Assembly: GCF_963853765.1 (NCBI RefSeq)
Contig: NC_088857.1
Location: forward strand, 48,050,001 to 48,114,000
DNA: 64,000 nt
Origin: Magallana gigas
Lineage: Eukaryota
Direction of reading: 5' to 3'
Shown here piece after piece: positions 24,053-34,700 of the stretch; the first letter of the stretch is position 1; each line of letters opens with the position of its first letter. A model generated the notes under the pieces. It worked only from the letters and a program-made list of their open reading frames with translations. It was not told the origin of the DNA and ran no database searches. Position numbers and translations under genes: made by a program.

Positions 24053-24606
24053 TTATACCCCACGTAATGTTCAAGTTGTGAGAGGTTTAATGTTTTTTAC
24101 CAGTTTGTCTGTTAGTCTGTCAGTCAGTCTCTCTATCTGTCAATATGTCTGTCCATCCATCTGTCCGTCAGCTCTCCCTCCGTCAGTCCTGTTTTTTGTA
24201 AGCACAACTCCTCTTTCACCGCTGCACAGAATTAAAGGTATATTTAGGACGCAATGTGAAGATGTGCATTTTACCAGAAAATTATGATTCTGTTATTTTT
24301 CTGGGAATTTTGGTTCTTTTGAACTTAGAATTTGGCCATATATTGCATATAGTGAGGAACAGTTTGTAAGCGCAACTCCTCTTAAAACACTGCATGGAAT
24401 TTTGTGAAACTTTGTAGATATTAAGGACACAATGTGAGGATGTGCATATTACCAGGAAATTAAGATTCCTTTATTTTTCTGGAAATTGTGGCCCTTTTGA
24501 ACTTAGAATTTTTTTTAGATGTTAAAGACAAATGTGCTACTTGATACTCTGAAGGCTGGATGAAAAAAATGGGAAAGATGGGGTTTGTGAGCTTGCTCAC
24601 ATTTTT
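24053..24606 (+). mobile_element. Helentron-type non-autonomous element (HINE) with (GTCT/GTCC)n and two Cg170-like ~168-bp units
   Basis: TTATACCCC start, tetranucleotide microsatellite at ~24100-24190, CAACTCCTCT recurring at 24205 and 24373, and unit motifs GATGTGCAT..ACCAG.AAATT and TTTTGAACTTAGAATTT as recalled for the oyster Cg170 satellite. Confidence 0.8.
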
Positions 24607-25700
24607 TTTCATTACTTACGAACCAATTTGGCAAGAAAGGATTATAGGTAATTATAAGAAAATAGGTAAATGATTCAGAATTGCATCTAAATGAATGAGA
24701 GATTTAAAATTGTAATATTTTACATGAATATGCTTCCCCTTTCTTAACTAACTGCTCTCCTCTTTAACAGAGTTACTTGAAAATTAATCATCAAGTTGAT
24801 TGACTTACAAATCCATCGATAGTGACTTTTAAAAGAATTATGATGTGGGTTGTAATTACTCTTTAGTTCAGCTGAGTCACTCAGTTACCTATTGCAATTG
24901 GTCTTCGTCTGTCTGTCGTCTTACGTCATGCCTTAACAATTTTACATTTTCAACTTCTTGAAAACTACAAGGCCAATTGTTACCATTTTGGGTAAGAGGA
25001 ATATAAATTGTGAAATTCATGGCTCTACCACCCTCGGGGCCCCACAGGCAGGGCAAAATATGCAAAAAAAAGCTTAAATTAAAAAACCTTCTTCTCTACT
25101 CCTACACATATGAGGAAAAAAATGAACGCATGGTTATGATGTCCATGGCGCCCTCTACCAAAATTGTGAAATTCATGGCCCCAGGGTCAGGGGTTCAGAC
25201 TTTAGGGTGGGGCCAATATTAGAAAATCTTCTTCTCTACTCCCATATACCCAGTATATGTGTTTAAACCCAAATGCATGGTGATGATGTCCATGAAGTCT
25301 TCTACCTAAATTGTGAAATTCATGACCCCTGGAGGGTTTAGGCCCTTGAGCGGGCCAATATACTGTACTCGACATCAGTCAAGGGTGCGACTGAAATCCA
25401 TCATACTGAAAAATAACTGATTATTGTCATTTCTACGAATAGACTTACCAGTTTGATGAAAAATGATGAAATAAAGTCATATTCATTTTTCAGAGATCAC
25501 TCTATATCTTGAAATAAACTCCAAATATTTATGACTGTTTTTCATCATTATTCTTAATAAAATGATGGATTTCAGTTATTACTAAAATTCAGTTTTATGA
25601 CTAGAAATCATCATTTTTAAATAAATTAGACATTAATAATAAATTAAACTTAATTATTGCATTTGTTTTATGGGGTGCACTAATTTATTTTGATTTCAAC

Positions 25701-25836
25701 TCAATCTAATTAAAATTAGACTTGTAATTCCGCTCCTCTACGATACGCTATACTTGTATACTTGTGGAATTACAAGTCTACTTGTATAGAGTATCGTAGA
25801 GGAGCGGAATTACAAGTCTAATTTTAATTAGATTGA
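25701..25836. repeat. Palindromic mini-element flanked by TTTCAAC direct repeats
   Basis: Arms TCAATCTAATTAAAATTAGACTTGTAATTCCGCTCCTCTACGATAC and its reverse complement; TTTCAAC at 25694-25700 and 25837-25843. Confidence 0.85.
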
Positions 25837-25918
25837 TTTCAACTTTGAGTCAAGGTGTTTCTCTACACATGGGACGATGGCAGGAAAGTGTAGGATGAAG
25901 TAAATGGGCTGGAAGAAT

Positions 25919-26098
25919 TACTGTAGTTTCCTAAATAAATTCGAGGAATTAATATCCGCATAAAATCGCAATTTTTACTTAATACTTAATTCCGAGATTC
26001 CACTGTTTTGTACTAAATCGCAATTTATCCTCGCGATTTAGTACAAAACAGTGGAATCTCGGAATTAAGTACTTGCAAAAAAAAAGGAATTTACTGTA
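25919..26098. mobile_element. TACTGT..ACAGTA MITE (related copy at 40171-40396)
   Basis: Shared GAGGAATTAATATCC.CATAAAAT and ACAAAACAGTGG..GGAATTAAGTACT..AAGGAATT.AC.GTA. Confidence 0.75.
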
Positions 26099-28700
26099 AC
26101 TTTGGAATGGAAATATGATGAAAACAAGTCATATTTACAAAAATAAAAAGATGTGTACATTTTGTAGCTCGTAGAAATGACAATTACAGTTATTTTTCAT
26201 GATGATGGATTTCAGTCTGACAGCTTATATTGTGAAAATGTATTAAATCTGAGAAAATCTTCTTTACTCTCACACATGTGGGAAAAAACTGGATGCATGG
26301 TTATGATGTCCATAAACTCCTCTACCTAAATTTTTATTTGAAATTGATGGCCTCTGGGTCAGGGGATCATGCTGTAGGGGGGGGGGGGCAATAATGCATA
26401 TATATGACAAGTTTGTGTATGGGCTGTGGTACTCAGGTGACCATGAAGACCTATTGCCCTCTTGTTTAATATGATAATCATAAATGATATTCTAATATGT
26501 ATCAAGTACTGGTGTATATATGCTTCCATTAATTAATACATGTACCACAAAATTTCATATCTGAATAATTATATAAAAAGTTTGCATTTATAACAAAGAA
26601 ATTAATTTGAATCAATAAAAGGTGGGCAGAACAGGTTAATTAATTAGTGAGTTATTTTCTGGTGTATGAGATCTCCTGCTGTGTATTGGTGTATGGAGTC
26701 TGTATTGGTGTATTAGCACTGAGAACACATGGCTACCTGTTCCCAGCTCTGCTATTAAAATAACTCAGATATTACAGGTACATACACAATGCCTGATCTG
26801 TTCCTTTCACTTTCATCCCAGGACATAGATCTCATCGCTGTCTGTTTTTCTTGAAAGATTCAAGATGTCCTGTACTGTGATGAGAGCTTGTCTGTTTTAT
26901 TCTGATTTTTCCCAGTAAACATACTGAACTAAACACTGACTTGGGATTCAGTATCCATATACTGGTTCTACTCCAAGTAGCTGTACAAACCCTCCTCTTA
27001 CCGCCAACATGTTTTAAAGGACCTTTTATGTTACATGTAAACAGATGTGATAGACAGTATGACAGTGAAAGATTCCTTTTACAGACTAAATCCTAAAGCA
27101 CAGTGGTTGGCAGTCAATCATACAGCACATCTAGATCAACAATGCATTCAGGATATGCTTTCATCAATGGGATCAATGATAATTCAGTGCACCTGTGCAT
27201 AGTTTTCAAGTATTTCATATACTTATTTAATATTAAAAACTCCATATATATCTGTATGGATAATTAACTCATAATTAAGATATACGGTAATGATTTCAGT
27301 TTTTATTACAAAATTTTTCATTTATAATTCGTCACTGTATGAGTTTCATGCAAACCTGAATAAAAGGATTTATGTAATCTTATCAAAAATTTGTCAGTCC
27401 AAGCAAACTGTATGACAGTGTTATTTTTCTGAGACAATGGTATGGAATATGAAGTAATTTTAGATGTACAAGTTAAGTGTTTATTTCTAGGCCTTCATTT
27501 ACATTTTGTTGTGGCTGTTACGACAACCGTTTGTATGGAGGAAAATCCTCCAGTTCTGTAATCTTGTACATGTTGTAGCTAGGAAGCATATTATTGGCAT
27601 TCTGAGCCATGCATAGTTACATATTTCACAATGCTCCATGCAAATCAGCCCCATTTTATACAGATAATAACTGCAGAGGAAGGACACCAAGATGAGAAGG
27701 CATTGATCAGGACTGGACACTGGAAATACAATCAGGAATAATGAGATTATTGCACACACAGACTGTCTTCCCCTCCTTTTTATTATAAGAGGCATGTTGG
27801 TATTGATTTAATTGTATCTATCTGTCATCTGGCAGCCACGGTCATTGTCGGGGACAGGCTACTTAGTTGCCGCTGATCCCCTTGTTTGTATTGATAGGTT
27901 TCCTCCGTCAGATAGCATCTCTGATCAGCGTCGACCACCGTGTACACAAATTATGCTGTTATATGTCGTTTGTCAGCATTCTTGTGTCTGTGATCATGTG
28001 ACTGACCAATTTCATCTGCAGATTTTAACGCTCCCTGTGAGTACGTTTGAAATGGTGAGAATGTTTTAATTCCTAGGTTCGGAGAAATTTAAACAGTGAA
28101 ATTATTTGTTCCTTGAGATATTTGTCCAAATGATAAATTTTGTTGAAGGAAACTTTAAAAACACAACAGTCAGGATATCAGAATTGAAACCTTCATTTCA
28201 ATATTTTATAACTGTGTCATTTGAAATCATGCAATATTTTCAAAAAAATTTACTGATGAAAATGCATAACTTTTATTAAGATAAAAAAGAGAGAAAAATT
28301 TACAATATTTCAAGGAGATTCAAATCTGGCTAGGTGTTGAGCGTCAGACAGCAGGTGCTGGATCTAGGCTCATGAGGCACAGGTAACACTGGGACACATG
28401 CTTTACTCAGTGTCTCGCTTGATTGTGTTTCATGGTGCAACCTGACAGTTATATCTGATCTTCATTAAAATATCTAGACATCAATCTTGTGCTTTTTGAT
28501 GGGGGAATCCTTATTGTTTGAATCAGGTAGTATTTTAATCCTGAATATGTGTGCTCCATTCTATTATGATTTCTGTTAAAATCTTTGCTGTAGCTTAAGC
28601 TAGGGTATGTTTTACCAGGTACATATTTAAGAAGTTTAAAGTAAAATAAATATTTTTTTAATTATAATAGAGCATATGAGCATTGTACTTTGATTTAATC

Positions 28701-30900
28701 GGTTTGTTCCCGTTTTGCACACATTTGAAAATTAGGTATCGAAAAAATGTGTGCGAAACGGGAATTTGACCAGGTGAGATAATTGCTTAATTGCTATAGT
28801 CTATATCACAGTTCCTGTAAGGGCAATTGACAATGAAATAAATAAAACATATCTACTCGCAATTGATATTTACATTTATATAACTTGCATAGAAGCACAT
28901 TTACATAATAATTGACATCCATGTTCTGGAATTTAATTTTAAACATCGATTTGGTCATCAACAATTTCATTAATTTCTTTAAGGATGTTATTTACTCAGG
29001 GTTTGAGTTCTCAAATTCCGATTGTTAAAAAGTTCGATGTAATGAGTAAAATTTGTTCTAAACACAAAAAGTATTTATGAAATGAATTATTATTGACAAA
29101 ACAATCAATAGTTTTACTTTATTATGGAATTATGCTCAAAAAAAATTTGACTTTTAGCCAAACAGAGGAAATTCGGACTAAATTTTGCAGATTTTGTTTT
29201 CTGTTAAAATTTTTTGGCAGTAGTCTAATATTAAAAGTTAGGATTTTATATTTAAGTCTACGTAATTTTGCATATTTTCCGTTGGTTTTACCTCACTTAT
29301 TCATTAAAATAATCTTATGGCACGAATAATAATAATATTGAAAAATGCTTAAAAACGATAAAAGACATCATATCTCAAAATTTTGATCATTGACCTCATA
29401 TAAATTTTATGCCAGCAGAATAAGGTCAATATAAGTAGTTCAATATCATAAATGTTTTTGTATTATCATCATTCAATTTTTTGTAAAATTGAATCAAAAA
29501 TGGGTAGGGATTTGAAAACTGATAGAGGAAATTCGGAACTGAATTATTTTAAAAAATTGATGCTGAAATCTTAATGTTGTGTACTTATTTAGTGCCACTA
29601 CCATTCGTAAACTGTATCTAATTTTTTAAAGTGTTTAATTATTTGTAATATTTTTATAATTAAGAATATCTCAATCGTAGTGTAAAATTTTATGGGATTT
29701 TTCTTGAATTTTCAATAAATATTCAATGGCCATTAACTCAAAAAGTAGGTCATTGACCTACTTTTCTGAAAGTGAAAAATAACAATACAAGCAAAGGTCT
29801 ATAACACACAATAGATGGTTTTTCATTATCATCAGTGGAATTTTTTTTCATTCTGAGTAAACGTCATCCTTAAACATAAAAGATTATTGCAAAAATGTTG
29901 TGTATGTAGTGCTTTTGTTTAACTTCCTGCCTTTAGGAAGTACATTTACACGCTACAAGTTTGAAGAGAAAATATCATATATTAGTATTTATTTATTGCT
30001 TTTGCTTACATAAATGGAGAAAATGTGTCTAGTGAAAACGCTGCTTATTATTTTTCATTTATGCTGTGGCTTGAATAATCGAAGAAAATACTATTAGACA
30101 AATTAATGTATGACGATATGATGATAAATAGGCAATTTTATATGCTTCAAAAAACTGAAAATATTTTTTCACAAAACCTATCAAATGTAGACCTAATTCA
30201 TACATTTTCAACCTTCTTCAGTTTGAGGTATATCAAATCAATATTTAAATTATTATTTTTGTCGGAATTTATTGAGCTGCTGATTTGAAAATCCAGAAAA
30301 GTGACCCGCAATATACTAAAGCGGTGATGTCGATCATAAGATCTACTGTCAATGCTGCTACTTAAGATTGAAATATTTTGTGATAAAGGTCTGTTTCTTT
30401 TCATAATAATCTATCTGCTGATACCAAACAACCAATTATAACATGCGATTCTACAATGTAAGTTGTAAAAAGAGACACGGAGTACCCCTTATGACTGTGT
30501 AGTTTTCCCCTTTATCATATAATTATCCACTGAATCAGCTTCCAATTGGCCCGGGACCAGCAAATTTTCCTCAATTCATCGAGTTTTATATTTAAAGTAA
30601 ATGGGCAAAAATGTAAAAGTTAAATCATCTAATCCTTATTTTTCTTATCAGTGAGCGGAAATTTAAGACTAAAAATATTAATTTGATCTTTATTTTATCA
30701 AATGAAAAAAATTGTGATAGTTATTAGTCTAAAACACAAAAAAATATCTATATTCTTCTTGTTTCATGGCGCTGATGAATGAATGATAAAACACAAGTAA
30801 AAATCTTTGACTTAAAGCAGACTATAATTGCTATCACAACACAATTCACACCTATTGTTCTATACCCAATTATCAAATGTGTGCAAAACGGGAACACACC
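28701..30900. mobile_element. 2.2-kb non-coding TIR element
   Basis: ~36-bp TIR GGTTTGTTCCCGTTTTGCACACATTTGAAAATTAGG versus reverse complement GGTGTGTTCCCGTTTTGCACACATTTGATAATTGGG; no transposase ORF. Confidence 0.75.
28983..29869. mobile_element. Nested TTAA-flanked element (Kolobok-like)
   Basis: TTAA|GGATGTTATTTACTCAG .. CTGAGTAAACGTCATCC|TTAA. Confidence 0.8.
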
Positions 30901-31324
30901 GATTTAGACACACCTGGTATTTTGATGCATGGGTAGAACTCATGTGGAGATGTAATCCGCTGGGCTTGACATGTTTTAGATAAACAGTCTGGGAGTAGGA
31001 GTGGATTCTATGGTGTGTCATAGTGAAGAAACTCCTGATACCTGTGATTGATAGTTTAATTAAATTACAGACTGATGTTGACTCATCAACCTGTGTGTAA
31101 CAACACTGCAGTTATAATGTTTTTTCTCTGTCTAAATCTAGTATAACAAAACCCATATACATGTAATATTACAGTTAATATTACAGCTTTGGTAATCATG
31201 TTTGTATGAATTCTCTACATACCGGTATAGTTTCTGTATGAAAGGTCAATATGAAATCCTCACAGATGCTGCAGTGAGGTCTGTTTTGGCATTCTGCAGA
31301 CTAGTCCCCAAACAAGATGTTTTT

Positions 31325-31632
31325 ATTATACTTTCATGTTAAATACTGAATCTGATTGGTTTAGACACAGTTGATAATCTGTTCTATTACCCTCAGCGTT
31401 AGCAACACACTTAGCAATGGGTAACACAACAAATTGTTACATGCGCGTAAATTATGCGCGTACGGTTCGCCGTAGAATTCAAGTAAAGCAGTAAAATATT
31501 AAGACATTCAGTCTTGATGAGTACAAAATAAATAGTGCCTGTTTGGGAGGATAACAGTTGAAATTGACACCCCACCCCACCCCACTCCTCGGGGTGTCAT
31601 TTTCAACTGTTACCCTCCAACACAGGCACTAT
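31325..31632. mobile_element. Non-autonomous element with terminal hairpin
   Basis: Hairpin ATAGTGCCTGT..TAACAGTTGAAATTGACACCCC / GGGGTGTCATTTTCAACTGTTA..ACAGGCACTAT at ~31532-31632. Confidence 0.6.
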
Positions 31633-31738
31633 TTATACATGTTTAATGGTATTGAAGGGACGCTTTATTTTCATACCATATTGTGTTGACATCTTTGTTC
31701 TTTTGGTTTTTAGATGTCGTTGAGATAATGGACTAAAG

Positions 31739-34700
31739 ATGTCAAGGATTAACAGCTTACTCCCCCCACTCTCTGTATTAGCCCTCTTCTTGCCAGTATG
31801 CTTGTCTGTTCAAAAAGCAGGTCAGTCATCAATGTGATCTCAAGTATGCATGCAAATCAGTGATAAATTACAAGTACACCAAAAAACACACTTTCAATGC
31901 ATTTTAGAAAAGTCAGCAAAGGACTATATGTGATATGGGCCTATAAAGGTCCCCTAAAATAAACATCATCATTTTACTGTAATTTTTTGTTTTCTTTGTA
32001 CAGATATATATGTGCAGATGTTTTTACATTATGTTCATTTTGATTCAAGTGCCCACAATTTAGAAATATGATATCATAAAGACAACCTTTTCTGCCATTT
32101 TTGCATTTTTAGCATAAAACAGCTTGTTTTCAAGCAGTTTTTCTTTGAGAAAACATAGAGCGCATGCTTGAACAAACAAAATATTTTACTCAGAGATGTA
32201 ACTAGCCAAGACTAATAACTGACAAAAAAATTGTCCTTGTTCAAGCATGCGCTCTATATTTCCCATTCGTTAAAAGATAAGAAAAATGTCAATTTTTGAC
32301 TGATTTTAATTGAATTATAGAAATAGCGTCACTTCTGACGTCATATACTGCAAGTGAGTGCAAATAAATAGGTGAAAAATATATTTTATATCAACTCGTC
32401 TAAAAAATAACATAACATTTTATTGTTCCCGAAACACTTTAAAAAATGGCGAATTATTGGGGCCAAATTCATCTCATATCATATATAGTTCTTTGTTATT
32501 TAATATAAAATTAAAATATAGAATACTGTAGAAGCACACATTTTAATTGGGGTAAAATTTTGTTGTTTATAAACCAAAAACAATTTCATTTGCATCTCTG
32601 TATTTAAATATATTCATACTTAGGTTAAAAATTTGTCATGGATCTAATTTTGTTGATTATAACTGCCAACAAAAATGATGAAATTAAACCCTTAACGAAT
32701 ATTTCTGCTTCTACAGTATCAATGTAATTTCATACTTTAATAAACTCGAGGAAAGATTTAAATCAAATTTCAAGAATGTTATGTCATATGTTTGTAAACT
32801 TGGGAAACATCTACATTAAATCAAATGTTAATAACGTGATCTGTTTTTCCTTTAGTTACCATAGAGGACCCCTGTACTGACAACCATAAATACACGCTGG
32901 GACGCGATGGACTAATCGTGATAAAGGCGGATGGAAACAAGTTTTTCACTGGCTCCTGTGTTGTGACTTTACGCGCGGAGGACCCACGGTATCAGTGCTC
33001 CAAACTCTGCTTTACCGTGGACTCCTTTAAGTTTCAGGTCTGCAATCTAAGACTTGCCTTTTACGATACCGGTGTATGGAATTATGGGTCAGCAGCACCA
33101 TCCTGGGTAAGCGGGAAATTATATACTTGGACAGTGATACCGTTTCACAGCTCTTCATATTCTCTGAGATTTCATGTGTTGTGAGGTTTATTTCATGTAT
33201 TATTGACAGTGGAAAGGATTTCATGATTTACAATCTGAATCCAAATTGAAATTTTAGAAGATGAATAGGTAGCCTATTCATTTTTTTTTCAAAACTGAAT
33301 TTTTATCTATGTATGCAAAGTCATAGTATTGAAAACATTTAAAAGCTGCCTGAAGGATATACACCAGCCTGGTATACTTTAGATGGTAAAGTTTTGATTT
33401 AATTATTTGATAGAAGAGTGTTCTCTATTAAATTGGTAATTGTATAATTGATGAAAAGAAATGAATGATTAGTGTGTAGTATTTAACATTGTTTTTAAGA
33501 CATATTTACTATCAATAATCCATTTTCATCATAATTTTGGCTTGTGTGTAAAGACCCTGCTTTAGTATTTACATTGCGACAATCAGTTTTATTGGTATTA
33601 AAGGTGTGTTTGATGAAACTGCAGTTATTACAGAGTTCTCCTTTTGATATTGATTGATTTTTTTTCCATATCCAAGATTTCAAAGTTTACATAGTGAAAG
33701 CAGCTAGATTTTTAACCCCATCACAAACCATCGCTTAGGTAATGAATAAACCATCTCTGCAGTGTTTACATTGCCAATGTTATGACAATATGAAATAACG
33801 TGCACTGCTTTAAAAATTCAGAGCCAAACACAAGAAGTCTGACATGGCAATTCTAGATATGACAATAACTGATCAATAATCAATTATGTAAGTGTCCATG
33901 GCAATCTTGTGTATCATTTCCCAAAAGTCGTTTCATGCCTAGAATTCCTAAGGCGAAGACTACCTGGTATAAAATCAATCCATATTTCCATCCATTTACT
34001 GACATCCTTTGCCTCTTGATGTCTTCACATTCAATATCTCCTCCATTGTTCCGGCACTCAAGAAACTGATGGGCTGAAAATCTATCCCATATTGTCACCA
34101 TAATTAAGAATGGCAGTATAGCTAGCCTTGTGTTTTATCTGAGGACACAAAAAGCTGGTTTGGGCTAAATGTTCATTAAAGGGTTTTTAATTGAAATTTT
34201 TTAGTTCAACAGTGGAGTCTGATAATGAAAAGATGTTATGTTTGGAGGAAGTTTTCAGTTATGGTCTATACTTAGCATAAGGCTCCGTGAGCCTTTAATG
34301 GATTCCTACATGTACCAAACTTTAAATGATGCACCAGCAAATGGAAAGAACAAAAATCAATTTAATTTTACATCAAGCACTGAAGCATTTTTTTCTAGAA
34401 TTTTTCACATGCAGAGTTTGCAGATATTTACTGACAGTTTGTACTGTTGAAAAGAATAGCAAATAAGTTTTAAGGTATCCCACTCATCAATGTTGTTGTG
34501 TCAAGAATTTCTTGAGAAGTATATCATTGAAATCAAATGAAAATGTAATTGAAGACAGAACATATTAGAAATACAAAAAAAAAGTCAGATTTCATCCGTC
34601 CGAGATATGGCACATTTAATTTGACCTTTTTGCACCAAATGTGCAATTTCAGCGCAATTAGTATTTGTCGCCAGTATTACTGAATAAGCAAAATTATTTC

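Larger units (their letters stand above)
25381..26226. mobile_element. Nested TIR element (~50-bp TIR, Kolobok-like)
   Basis: GACTGAAATCCATCAT..GAAAAATAACTG..ATTGTCATTTCTACGA versus its reverse complement at 26169-26219. Confidence 0.8.
24862..26467 (+). mobile_element. Helentron-type HINE split by a nested insertion
   Basis: 5' TTTAGTTCAGCTGAG..GTCTGTCTGTCGTC; internal repeats ATTGTGAAATTCATGGC and CTTCTTCTCTACTCC; 3' CTCAGGTGACC..CCTCTTGTTT; the same repeats resume after 26226. Confidence 0.8.

Noticed and set aside
33880-34101. 73-aa minus ORF and GC-balanced patch in the receptor intron
   Set aside because: No splice-compatible frame, and the receptor exons join in phase without it.
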